A stretch of 64,000 nt of DNA from Phycisphaerae bacterium (lineage in GTDB: Bacteria; Planctomycetota; Phycisphaerae; UBA1845; Fen-1342), in assembly GCA_963666925.2 (NCBI GenBank), contig CAXXTC010000007.1:96001-160000 (forward strand), given 5' to 3'. Below the pieces are notes generated by a model. The model was not told the DNA's origin. It made no database searches and was given only the letters and a program-made list of their open reading frames with translations. Both the position numbers and the translations under genes were made by a program. Every line of letters starts with the position of its first letter. Positions within the stretch are counted from its first letter, which is position 1. Shown here one piece after another: positions 10,242 through 20,053 of this stretch.

Positions 10242-10877
10242 TCAAACGGGCAAGCACGCCGCCGTTGCTTTCTCCACCCGGGCCAGTTCATCGGCCAACT
10301 TGGTAAGAGATAGGCGATCTCCCAGGAACGTGAATGCACAGTTTCCGTTGACGATCTCAATGTTTCGCAGGTTCGTTGCCTGAGATGTCACGGTCTTGAT
10401 GCTTTGATTCAGGGGACGGCCAATACACACGTTGTTGTCGACCACCATGCCCCCCGATGAGTTCGCGACGTGCTTGTCAAGACGCTCGTCGAAATGCTCC
10501 AGGTGATTCCGGAATTTCCTGTCGCGTAGGCACGTCAGTTGGTTCAGATTCAACCTCTGTTTGTCCAGCTGTTCCTGCAATGAACTCCGCGCCTGCTGAG
10601 CGCGATTCGGTTGACCCGCAGGCGCGTTTACGGTTTTCGATCCAGTCGCTCCTGACGACAGCCCAAGGAGTTTGGAGGCATTACCCGCGCATACCAGCAT
10701 CCAGTGCGCCTGTTTGTGCACGGCCTCGGCGCTGCCAGATTTGTCCTCCATCAGCTTGATGATGGCCTGGTAGGCTTCAACGGCCCAACAGCACTGGGTG
10801 TGCAATTCTCTGCAGTAGACGTACGTCATGGCTTCGGTCTCAGCTTGATTCTCAACCCATCCAGGCACCGATGTCAT
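10242..10877 (-). CDS. Hypothetical protein with RxxxxH (HEPN-like) motif
   Basis: FRNHLEHFDERL. AGGAGG overlaps the lexA stop codon. Visibly more AT-rich than neighbouring genes. Confidence 0.65.
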   Translation of the reverse strand: MTSVPGWVENQAETEAMTYVYCRELHTQCCWAVEAYQAIIKLMEDKSGSAEAVHKQAHWMLVCAGNASKLLGLSSGATGSKTVNAPAGQPNRAQQARSSLQEQLDKQRLNLNQLTCLRDRKFRNHLEHFDERLDKHVANSSGGMVVDNNVCIGRPLNQSIKTVTSQATNLRNIEIVNGNCAFTFLGDRLSLTKLADELARVEKATAACLPV

Positions 10878-10894
10878 CGCCGCCCCAGAACCTC

Positions 10895-11524
10895 CTAGAA
10901 CCGCCGAATCACGCCTACCACCACGCCCTGGACCCGCACGTCTTTGACTTTGATCGGCTCGTAGGCCGGATTTGCCGGCTGGAGGCGGATGCCGTCGCGC
11001 TCGCGGTAGAAGCGTTTTAGCGTCGCGTCGCCCTCGTCCAGCAGCGCCACGACCGTTTCGCCGTCGCGGGCCGTGTCGCGTTTCTCAACGACTACGTAAT
11101 CCCCGTCGCGAATGCTGTCGTCGATCATGCTGTCGCCGCGGACCTTGAGCACGAACGTTTCGTGCGGCGTGACGAACATATCCTCGAGATCGATGACCTC
11201 GCGATCCTCGAGCGCCTCAATAGGCTGACCGGCGGCAATGGTGCCGACCAGCGGGAGACAGGTGGATTTTTCGTCGGGAAAATCGATATTGGCACTAAGT
11301 CGCAAAGAGCGTGCCTTGTGTCGGGAGCGCTTGAGGAACCCTTTCTTCTGGAGGGCGGCGATGTGTTCGAACACCGTGACCTTGCTTACGCCGAACTCGT
11401 CCGCCAACTCCTGCATGGTGGGGGCGTAGCCCCGGGCGTGCGTGAAGTCCCGGATGAACGTGAGCACGCGGAGCTGTTTCGGGGTGAGCGCTCGCTGGGG
11501 TCGGCTCGCAGATCGTCGAGGCAT
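10895..11524 (-). CDS. lexA: SOS transcriptional repressor LexA
   Basis: LTPKQ...PTMQELADEFG winged HTH, IAAG cleavage site, VRGDSM (Ser) and ATLKRF (Lys). GGAGG RBS. Confidence 0.94.
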   Translation of the reverse strand: MPRRSASRPQRALTPKQLRVLTFIRDFTHARGYAPTMQELADEFGVSKVTVFEHIAALQKKGFLKRSRHKARSLRLSANIDFPDEKSTCLPLVGTIAAGQPIEALEDREVIDLEDMFVTPHETFVLKVRGDSMIDDSIRDGDYVVVEKRDTARDGETVVALLDEGDATLKRFYRERDGIRLQPANPAYEPIKVKDVRVQGVVVGVIRRF

Positions 11525-11872
11525 CGTATTCCTCCGCCAAATAGGCACTGAGCGATCCGAAGATCACCGGGGGCAGAGGGCGATGTTCGTCGGCAGCAGC
11601 CCAGACGCGCCGATCGGAGGGGGCCTCCGCGACACGCTCCACAACCGGATCGCAACCCAACTGGCGAGCCATCCGCGCTCGCAAATCGGACACCTGCTCA
11701 GAGTTCAACGGAGCCGACTCCAGATCTAACAAACCCGGACCCGTTTCGTGAACCTCCCGGCAGTAATCACCGCCAGGACCTGTCAGGCAGAGCATGCTTC
11801 CCGGCCGAGGTCTTGTGGACACCACGCACTCCTTTGCGTTGCCAACTCCACCGCACCTGCACCCGTGTTCGC

Positions 11873-11916
11873 AGGTTATTCGCCCAAATAATAACCTAAC
11901 TTTGGGCGTTTGTCAA
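11873..11916 (-). promoter_or_regulatory. Sigma70 promoter upstream of lexA with overlapping inverted repeats
   Basis: Minus strand TTGACA (11916-11911), 17 nt, TATTAT (11893-11888). IRs CGCCCAAA-N12-TTTGGGCG and AGGTTATT-N9-AATAACCT. Confidence 0.75.
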
Positions 11917-12152
11917 ATGGAGTGGCCAGATTTCGGCTCAATAACCGCGCGCAACATCATGTTGCCAAGCGCCACACAGACACTATAACTTGTGTCTGGG
12001 CCCGGGGGGTAAAAAACTGAAAAAATCCACCCGTGATCGCGCCCGGCCAACCCGGCCAAAACCGCACGCAAATGTATATAACCTGTTGTAATCCTGTGGA
12101 TTAGGAGCGTGTGCGGGGCGTTTTGCCACCCGGGGAGGGTTCGGTCAAAAAG

Positions 12153-13349
12153 TTACGCGCCACCCTGGTAACTGGTGCCCCGCCAACTCGTTTTTCGACC
12201 CAGGCAGCGGGTCAGAGCATTGAGCGTAATACCCAAACAAACGCCGGCCCCAAGCGGATAACTCAGCGCCCACGGAGCCGCCCGCCCGCAGAGCGGATAA
12301 AACCGCCACAGCACCGACTGCTGGGCCACGATCGTAGCTCCGCTGGCCAGGGCCAATCCCAGGCCGGCCGACCCGGCCAGCGGCGCCAGCACCAGCGTCA
12401 GATAGGGCGAGACGCTGAAAACGGACAGGAAAATCGCGCTGGCCAGGAGCCGGGGAATCGTGCCAAAGCACCCGTAGAAAATTCGGCTCCACCCGCGCCA
12501 GATCTGCCGCAGCCCGACATACATCCGCACGCTGTACCAGCCGGCTCCGCGCAGCACCCGCAGCCGCAACCCCACCTGCTTGGCCTGCCGGGCGAAATGC
12601 ATGTCCTCGTTCAGAGCTGTCCGATGCTGCTCGTGCCCGCCGATCTGCTCATAGGCTGACCGGCTCATCAGCATGAACGCGCCGTTGGCGTAGGCCCGCG
12701 GCGACTGCGGATCGTTCACTTTTTGCGGCGGAAACCAGAAAACCATGATGGCGCCCGCCGGCGGCTGCACGACCCGTTCCCAGAACGTATGTGCCTCCAG
12801 CTCGGGCAGCACCGAGAGAAAATCAACTCGCTCGCGTTGGGCGTAGCCGACGGCCGCCCGGAGCAATTCGCGGGCGTGATAGCGGCAATCCGCATCGGTG
12901 AAACAGAGCAAATCGCCGCGCGCCTGCTGCCCGCCCAGGTGCATGGCGTGATTTTTGCCCGCCCAGCCGGCCGGCAGCTTCTCGACATGAATCACCCGCA
13001 GACGCTCATCCCGGCCGGCGATCTCATCCATGATCGCCCCGGTTCGATCGTCGCTACGGTCGTTGACCGCGATGATTTCCAGGTTGGGATAATCCTGCTT
13101 GAGCAGCCCCTCCAGGCAGTCGGCGATGTTCGCCTCTTCTTCCTTGCCCGCCACCAGCACGGTCAGCGTCGGCAGTGGGGGGGCTTCGGCCATTTCGGCC
13201 GCGTCGTCCGACGACAGCACCGGGTCAGCGTCGGCAGCATTGAGCTGGAGGTGTCGCCGCAGCCACACCAGGCCGATCAGCAGCGTAAACCAGAACCACA
13301 CCGCCAGACCCGAAAAATGCAGGGTAAATTCAAAGCAATGAGCGATCAC
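12153..13349 (-). CDS. Membrane glycosyltransferase family 2 (HpnB/CrtQ-like)
   Basis: VNDRSDD, GWAGKNHA, FTDAD (DxD), ANGAF, LNED, and C-terminal TM helices. GTG start inferred from a GGGAG RBS. Confidence 0.85.
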   Translation of the reverse strand: MIAHCFEFTLHFSGLAVWFWFTLLIGLVWLRRHLQLNAADADPVLSSDDAAEMAEAPPLPTLTVLVAGKEEEANIADCLEGLLKQDYPNLEIIAVNDRSDDRTGAIMDEIAGRDERLRVIHVEKLPAGWAGKNHAMHLGGQQARGDLLCFTDADCRYHARELLRAAVGYAQRERVDFLSVLPELEAHTFWERVVQPPAGAIMVFWFPPQKVNDPQSPRAYANGAFMLMSRSAYEQIGGHEQHRTALNEDMHFARQAKQVGLRLRVLRGAGWYSVRMYVGLRQIWRGWSRIFYGCFGTIPRLLASAIFLSVFSVSPYLTLVLAPLAGSAGLGLALASGATIVAQQSVLWRFYPLCGRAAPWALSYPLGAGVCLGITLNALTRCLGRKTSWRGTSYQGGA

Positions 13350-13432
13350 GCGTAGCTCCCGTGAAATCCTGGTTGAGCAGCGTAGCGAAACGGAGACAAT
13401 GTCGCCAACGTCCCCAATGCGAGGTTGTGTGA

Positions 13433-14836
13433 ATGGACCCCCGACGACTGAAAATACTGTACGTGTTTGCCGGACTGCTTCTGACCAGCTCGGCCGCTGC
13501 CCAGCAGAGCCAGCCGGCCGACGGTGGCCTGACGCTTCAGCCATATGCCGATCCGGCCTTCGGATTCGAACTGCAAGTCCCCGCCGGCTGGCAATATGAC
13601 CGCTCACGCTTTCAGCAGTTCAAAGACTCCATCGGACTGTTACGCGGCATTGGCCCCGGCGACCGCCAGGCGCTCCAGATACTCGTGTTCCGCAGTTTCC
13701 CCATGCGGCCCTTCGAAGACTGGCTGGTTGATTTTGGCAAAGCCCTGTCAGAGCTGGTCCTGGCCGAACGCATCGATTGGGAAACCTGGCGTCTGCCGCC
13801 ACGCGCCGGCGCGATCTTCAGCTACACATCGCGTCTCGGTGGGGGGGCTACACAGAGTCACTGCCTCTGTCTGCCGTTCGATCCGAACACCGTCTGGGTG
13901 CTGATCTACCAGCGGGCCGCGCGCGGTACCGCCGACTGTGCTCAGGTGCGGGCCGAGTTTGGTCAGATCATCAACACGCTGCATGTGCTCTACGACCCCG
14001 CGCAGGCCGAGCAACTGGCGCCCGCGTTCGAGCGCGGCACCGAGCTGCTCCAGCGTCTGCGCGACCAGGCCGACCAGGTCCAGCTCGACGACGCCGAGTA
14101 TTACTACGAGCTGCTGCTTGATCACAAGCCGGTCGGATTTATGACCCGTCGAATCTGGCGCGATGAGTACGTCTTCAGCAGTCCGGAGGCCAACCGCCGG
14201 TTTGCGAAAGACGGCGTACGTATGCAGGAGCGCTCGTGGCGGTTCGGCGACGACGGCACTGCCCGCTACTCGCACCTGGACGCGTTTAGCAGCTTCGACT
14301 TGCGCAGCGAGGTGGTCGAGTATCAGCAGGTGCACATACCGGCCCCCGATGTTCCCGACGCGCAGCCGCTGATCAAGACCGACCAGGTTATTCGCGAGGA
14401 CGAGGTGCTCGTTTCGAGTTTCACGACCAGCCTCGACAAGGGCCTGCCCAATCCGCGCAAGCCGATCGAGGTCGGGCCGGTGTATCTCGATCTGGCCTGG
14501 GTCCGGCTGTTGCCCGGGCTGTTGCTGAGTGGTAACGACGAGCCGCGCGCTTTTGCGATTTACAACACGGAGACGCGCAGCCTGGTACAGCATCTGATCA
14601 CGCCGCAGGGTGAGAAGAAGCTGCCGGAGGGGGGCGAGTCGGCCTACGTATTCGCGGTACGCGAGGGGTTCATGCGTGATCCGGCATATTACTACACCGA
14701 TCGGCGGGGCAACCTGTTGCGTCTGGAAGCGGGCGATCTGATCGTGCGCCGGCTGAGCGCGGCCGACGTGGAACGCCGCTACGGCCCCCGGCGCGACGCC
14801 GCCAAGAAGCGTTATCATCGACTATGGTCGCCGTAG
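13433..14836 (+). CDS. Secreted hypothetical protein
   Basis: 467-aa ORF with signal peptide (AAA-QQ) and host-like codon usage. Confidence 0.75.
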   Translation: MDPRRLKILYVFAGLLLTSSAAAQQSQPADGGLTLQPYADPAFGFELQVPAGWQYDRSRFQQFKDSIGLLRGIGPGDRQALQILVFRSFPMRPFEDWLVDFGKALSELVLAERIDWETWRLPPRAGAIFSYTSRLGGGATQSHCLCLPFDPNTVWVLIYQRAARGTADCAQVRAEFGQIINTLHVLYDPAQAEQLAPAFERGTELLQRLRDQADQVQLDDAEYYYELLLDHKPVGFMTRRIWRDEYVFSSPEANRRFAKDGVRMQERSWRFGDDGTARYSHLDAFSSFDLRSEVVEYQQVHIPAPDVPDAQPLIKTDQVIREDEVLVSSFTTSLDKGLPNPRKPIEVGPVYLDLAWVRLLPGLLLSGNDEPRAFAIYNTETRSLVQHLITPQGEKKLPEGGESAYVFAVREGFMRDPAYYYTDRRGNLLRLEAGDLIVRRLSAADVERRYGPRRDAAKKRYHRLWSP

Positions 14837-15124
14837 CACTCTTTGGCAACGACGGCCCCGCTGGCAGAATACCTAAGATCCGCACAGTTCGACCAGCGCA
14901 GACAACGGCAGTCTTGCAGCTTGGTGAACACCCCGGTACGCCGGTCACGCGTGCGACCCCATTCCCATCGACGGTCACGCTGACCGCCCGCCCCACGCCG
15001 TGTGCCACGGCCGGGACCACGTTCGGCTCCTGGCGCCATCATCCGGGGCGCGCCGGCCCTCTTTGTTCTTGCAGAACCTGGCGCCCCCTGGGTACACTGC
15101 AATGGGCTGGAAAGGAGTGGGGCC

Positions 15125-17056
15125 ATGAGCCAGCGGTCTATGACGTTAGCTTGTGCATTTGCCGCAGCAGCCTCTATGGCCACCGTAATGTCGGCACGCG
15201 GCGGAGACGTAATCAGTCAACTGACTGACCCCGTGCAGGCCGAGTGCGAGGGATTCGTTGACATAATCAACGCCTGGATCGAGCAGGAGGGTGGGCTGCT
15301 GACGTTTGTCATCGAGACCCGTGAGTCAATCCCCAGTTCGATTCCGTACGTTAACGAGCAGATTACGTTCCTCTGGCTCGTTGATGCCGACAACGACCCC
15401 GACACCGGCCAGCCACATGAGCAACTCGGCACTGAGTTCAACGTCCGCGTGTGCATCAGCGAGTTGTTTGGCGGCGGCTTGGTGGACGTCACCGGCGAGC
15501 TGCCCGGCGGTGGGTGCGGAACCGTGCTGATCGAAGACAACCGCGTGCAGATCGCCATCGGCCTCTCGCAGATAGCGTACCCGTCCCAGTTCCATTGGGG
15601 TTGCGACGCGTTCCACGCGATCGATGACGTCGCCGTATCGGCCAACCATGAGACCGACGTCGCCATTGCGGAGACATTGCCGTACACCCCACCGGCCCGC
15701 GTCAGAGTTATCACACCGCTGCTGATGCTGTGTCCCGCGGGGCCGGCCACAGGGCAGTTGGAGGTTGAGATTCTCGACAGCGCTGGTAACACCCTCCCGA
15801 CCGGCGACTATCACCTGGCATTTCAAAGCTCCAACGAAGCCGTCGCGACCGTGGACGCCACCGGCGCGGTGACGGCGCACGCCGTCCCCGTCCTGCTCGA
15901 GGACACGCCGTACGTGGAGGTCCGGGCCGACGGTCTGGCGGCTGATAACTTCGCCGTCATTCGAGTCACGGAGACCGATCTGGGCATCGCGCATCAGACC
16001 TTCGGCGGCGCCAGCGTCGCGTTTTATCTCCCCCCCATAATCGAGGGCGTCGACCTCGATCAGCTCACCGCGGATTACCAGATCGTGGAGGCGACCGATC
16101 TGGCCTACGCCGCCCAGCTGGAGTTGATGGACCAAGCCCCGTCTCAAGGTGGCACTCAGTATTTCGTGCTCGATGTAACCGACGATCCTGCGACGGTTCC
16201 GTGCGGCCTCAGCGGAAACCCCGTCCGGCTGGGCTGGCATTACGACGTGCCCGTGCACAATTCATGCTTCATTATCAACGATCCGGACCACCGTGTGCCG
16301 CAATGGGCCGTTTATTTCCATGAGATGGGTCACGACTTCACGTTGCACTCGTGGGGTTTCGTACAGTTCTGCACGGCGTCGGACACGCACGGCTGGAAGT
16401 ACACCGAGGCATTTGCGTCCATGGCTGGCGCGTGGTCCTGGTATCGCCTGACGCGCTGTCCGTCGGAGGTTGGCCCCGCGAACGTCGCCAGTATTGCTGA
16501 GCACTTCCCGAATATTGACCCGGCGGGGCGATTGGCGTTGCTCGACTATCAGGCTACCGGCGCCAACTACGCCGACATCACGGTTGGGGTCATTTGCGAC
16601 ATCCTTTGGGACATGTATGACGACTACACGGCCCAGGTATGGTATGACGTGTTCAGCACGTTTGTCCCGGCGGACGAACCGCTGCCCTGCATATTGGACA
16701 CTGACGCCAAACAGGCCACCTGGCTCGTCGCCGCCATCAGCGCCTCCGTTGGCACTGACCTGCGCGCACGTTTCGGCGCCGAGTACGGATTCCCGATCGA
16801 CAATGAGGCTTGGCCGGAATTGCTCGCCGCGGTCCAATCGCGGATCGGCGCGCGGCCGTGGCAGGGCCCCTGGCCGGCTGACTTCGACTGCGACTGGGAT
16901 GTGGATTTCTACGATTTCATCCCGCTGTGCGACTGCCTCACGGTTCCGGACGCCGGTCTCTTGCAACCCGTTTGTGAGTGTGCTGACTTTGATCGCGACG
17001 TCGATGTTGATCTGGTCGACGTGTTGGCGTTCCAGGCCGCGTTCACTGGCTCTTAG
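15125..17056 (+). CDS. Secreted putative zinc metallopeptidase with Ig-like domain and C-terminal dockerin/EF-hand-like repeats
   Basis: Signal peptide, SSNEAVATVDATGAVTA (Big_2-like), HEMGH with downstream TEAFA, and DFDCDWDVDFYD / DFDRDVDVDLVD repeats. Confidence 0.78.
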   Translation: MSQRSMTLACAFAAAASMATVMSARGGDVISQLTDPVQAECEGFVDIINAWIEQEGGLLTFVIETRESIPSSIPYVNEQITFLWLVDADNDPDTGQPHEQLGTEFNVRVCISELFGGGLVDVTGELPGGGCGTVLIEDNRVQIAIGLSQIAYPSQFHWGCDAFHAIDDVAVSANHETDVAIAETLPYTPPARVRVITPLLMLCPAGPATGQLEVEILDSAGNTLPTGDYHLAFQSSNEAVATVDATGAVTAHAVPVLLEDTPYVEVRADGLAADNFAVIRVTETDLGIAHQTFGGASVAFYLPPIIEGVDLDQLTADYQIVEATDLAYAAQLELMDQAPSQGGTQYFVLDVTDDPATVPCGLSGNPVRLGWHYDVPVHNSCFIINDPDHRVPQWAVYFHEMGHDFTLHSWGFVQFCTASDTHGWKYTEAFASMAGAWSWYRLTRCPSEVGPANVASIAEHFPNIDPAGRLALLDYQATGANYADITVGVICDILWDMYDDYTAQVWYDVFSTFVPADEPLPCILDTDAKQATWLVAAISASVGTDLRARFGAEYGFPIDNEAWPELLAAVQSRIGARPWQGPWPADFDCDWDVDFYDFIPLCDCLTVPDAGLLQPVCECADFDRDVDVDLVDVLAFQAAFTGS

Positions 17057-17188
17057 GTTTGGCTACTAACGGCAGCGCCGGTCTGTTGGGGTTGCAAGGC
17101 GCCGCGCTTCGTCATACCCCACCCGCGGGTCGCGTTGATATTCGCATGTCAGAAGAGGGCGTTTCGACGCTGTGCGGGTCCTTGCGTA

Positions 17189-17217
17189 TTGAGAACCAGA
17201 GGCCCCGGCAGTATACT
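17189..17217 (+). promoter_or_regulatory. Sigma70-like promoter
   Basis: TTGAGA, 17 nt, TATACT upstream of the C1 peptidase gene. Confidence 0.55.
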
Positions 17218-17369
17218 AGACAATGAGTAGGCACGAATCGCTACGAGCGCCCGGATGGTTTTGTTTTCTGGCTTTGCCAGGTCGGTTCTCGGCCGGTCGC
17301 GTTCCCTTCGCGGGGGAGGGTGTGCACCTGCCCCCGGGGGGGCCGACACAACCCTGTGAGGATTTTCTT

Positions 17370-19778
17370 ATGACCGCAACACGTTGTGCCAAGGTGATGA
17401 TGATTGGTGTCCTGCTGGCGTCGGCGTCGCTTACGCTGGCCGACCCGCCCAGTTCATTTGACCTCCGCGACTACAGCGGCCAGAACTTCGTCACCTCGGT
17501 TAAAAATCAATCCGGCGGAACCTGCTGGACGCACGGCGCCATGGCTGCCATCGAGGGCAACCTTCTCATGACCGGTAACTGGGTCGCGGCCGGCGAGAGC
17601 GGCGAACCCAATCTCGCCGAGTATCACCTCGATTGGTGGAACGGTTTTAACCAGCACAACAACGACGACATCAATCCTCCGTCGGGCAGCGGGCTAGAGG
17701 TCCACCAGGGCGGCGACTATCGCGTCACCTCCGCCTACCTGACTCGCGGCGAGGGTGCCGTGCGCGACGAAGACGGACAATCCTATAGCTCCGCGCCCGC
17801 CCGGTCCGACCCGAGCTACCACTACTACTACCCACGCGATATCGAGTGGTACATCGCAGCTGAGGACTTGAGCAACATCAACCTGATCAAAGAAAAGATC
17901 ATGACTGTTGGTGTCATGGGCACCTGCATGTGCTATGACTCGGCCTTCATCACCGGGGCACGCCACTACCAGCCCGCCAGCAGCACCATGCTGCCCAACC
18001 ACGCCATTGCGATCATAGGCTGGGACGACGACAAGGACATGGATGACGCCGGCACGGTTGATCCGCCCGGGCCAGGTGCCTGGCTGTGCAAGAACAGTTG
18101 GGGGACCAGCTGGGGCGAGAGCGGCTTCTTCTGGATCTCCTACTACGACAAGTGGTGTTGCCAGGAGCCCGAGATGGGCGCTGTCTCGATGCAGAACGTC
18201 GAGTTGATGCCCTACGACAACGTCTACTACCACGACTACCACGGCTGGCGCGACACTTTTACCGCCTCCGAGGCGTTCAACGCGTTTGTCGCTGAGAGTG
18301 ACGAGGGCCTCACCGCGGTGAGCTTCTTCACCGCCTCAGACAACGTCACGTATACCGTGCGAATTTACGACCGCTTCGAAGGCGGCGAACTGCTCGACGA
18401 GCTGTCGAGCGCGACCGGTACGATTGCCTACACCGGCTTCCACACCATCGACCTTGGCACGGGCGTCACCCTGACCGCGGGCGACGATTTCTACGTCTAC
18501 CTCGAGCTTTCCGACGGCGGCCAGCCGTTTGACCGCACTTCGGACGTGCCCGTTTTGCTGGGTGCCCACTACCGCACGATTGTCGAGTCGTCCGCCAGTG
18601 CCGGCGAGAGCTACTATCGCGAAGGCGGCGTCTGGCACGACCTGTACGACTATTCGTTCGGCAATTCGAGCTGGGATCAGACCGCCAACTTCTGCATCAA
18701 GGCGCTGACCGGCGAGCTGCCCGGGCTGCGCGTCTCACCCGACGATGGCTACTACGCCGCTGGTGCGGAGGGCGGACCGTTCACCCCCACCAGCAGTACC
18801 TATGACATCGAGAACACCAGTGACGACTCGATCGACTACGTGATCTCCTGTGACCCGCCGGTATCCTGGCTCACGTTGGCCGGCGACACGTCGGGCACGC
18901 TCAACTCGCAGGCCACCGGCCAGGTCTCGGTGTCGCTTAATGCCGAAGCCGAAACTTTGCCTGCCGGCGCCTATGTCACCACGCTCAAGTTCGTGAACAC
19001 AACCAACCACATTGGCGACGCCGAACGCAGCGTCGTTCTGGCCATCGGGTCACCGGTCGTGCAGTTCGAGTGGAATATGGATGCTGATCCCGGCTGGACG
19101 TGCGAAGGTAACTGGGCCTGGGGCGAGCCGACAGGCGGCGGCGGTGAGTACGGCGAATCCGACCCCGACAGCGGGTACACCGGAACGAACGTGTACGGCT
19201 ACAACCTGAGCGGCGACTACTCCAATTCCATGTCTGAGACCCACCTGACCAGCCTCCCGCTCGATTGCAGCGATCTGTTCGCCGTCGAGATCGACTTCTG
19301 GCGCTGGTTGGGTGTCGAGCAGCCCAGCTACGATCACGCCTACGTGCGCGTCAGCAATGACGGCACCAACTGGACCACCCTCTGGGAGAACACCACCGAG
19401 ATCACGGACACCTCCTGGCAACCCATGTCGCTGGATATTTCGGCCGTCGCCGCCGGCCAGCCGACCGTCTACCTCCGCTGGACGATGGGCCCGACGGATT
19501 CCGGCTGGCGCTATTGCGGCTGGAACATCGACGATATCCAGGTGCTCGCGATCGCCGCGGTCGAGCAGTTCTCCCCAGGCGATTCAAACTGCGATGCGGC
19601 CGTGAATTTCGACGACATCGACTACTTCGTCGCTGCCCTGATCGACGAGCAAGGCTGGATCGACATGCACGGCGGTAGCCCGACTTGCGGCTACATCAAC
19701 GTCAACGACATGAACGCCGACACGTTCGTCAACTTCGACGACATCGACGGCTTCGTGGCGGCCCTGGTCGGCTCCTGA
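17370..19778 (+). CDS. Secreted papain-family (C1A) cysteine peptidase with lectin-like, BACON-like and dockerin-like domains
   Basis: PSSFDLR, KNQSGGTCW (Gln/Cys), NHAIAIIGWDD (His), KNSWG (Asn). C-terminal GDSNCDAAVNFDDID...DMNADTFVNFDDID. Confidence 0.9.
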   Translation: MTATRCAKVMMIGVLLASASLTLADPPSSFDLRDYSGQNFVTSVKNQSGGTCWTHGAMAAIEGNLLMTGNWVAAGESGEPNLAEYHLDWWNGFNQHNNDDINPPSGSGLEVHQGGDYRVTSAYLTRGEGAVRDEDGQSYSSAPARSDPSYHYYYPRDIEWYIAAEDLSNINLIKEKIMTVGVMGTCMCYDSAFITGARHYQPASSTMLPNHAIAIIGWDDDKDMDDAGTVDPPGPGAWLCKNSWGTSWGESGFFWISYYDKWCCQEPEMGAVSMQNVELMPYDNVYYHDYHGWRDTFTASEAFNAFVAESDEGLTAVSFFTASDNVTYTVRIYDRFEGGELLDELSSATGTIAYTGFHTIDLGTGVTLTAGDDFYVYLELSDGGQPFDRTSDVPVLLGAHYRTIVESSASAGESYYREGGVWHDLYDYSFGNSSWDQTANFCIKALTGELPGLRVSPDDGYYAAGAEGGPFTPTSSTYDIENTSDDSIDYVISCDPPVSWLTLAGDTSGTLNSQATGQVSVSLNAEAETLPAGAYVTTLKFVNTTNHIGDAERSVVLAIGSPVVQFEWNMDADPGWTCEGNWAWGEPTGGGGEYGESDPDSGYTGTNVYGYNLSGDYSNSMSETHLTSLPLDCSDLFAVEIDFWRWLGVEQPSYDHAYVRVSNDGTNWTTLWENTTEITDTSWQPMSLDISAVAAGQPTVYLRWTMGPTDSGWRYCGWNIDDIQVLAIAAVEQFSPGDSNCDAAVNFDDIDYFVAALIDEQGWIDMHGGSPTCGYINVNDMNADTFVNFDDIDGFVAALVGS

Positions 19779-20053
19779 GCCGCCATTGACGATTAATCGG
19801 CACACCGGCAGGCAGCGCGCCGCGATCTACCAACGCGGCGCCGCTGCCGCCGACCGAAACTCTTTCCCCGCCGAGTTATAGGACTACCAAGCACCCGCCC
19901 GTTTTCCACATATACGCTTCACGCCCTCTATCGGACCTCAGTTCTTCTGGTATTGATGCCTGCGCCGCGATAAGCTCGAAGTCAACGGGCTCGGGGTGTG
20001 CCGGAAGGGCCCCCGTCGCCCCTGCGGAGAACCGATCGCTCCGCTTCGCTGGG

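Noticed and set aside
9940..11916. Prophage immunity region (lexA as a CI repressor)
   Set aside because: The protein has a LexA-type winged HTH, and there is no integrase, divergent cro or phage gene nearby.
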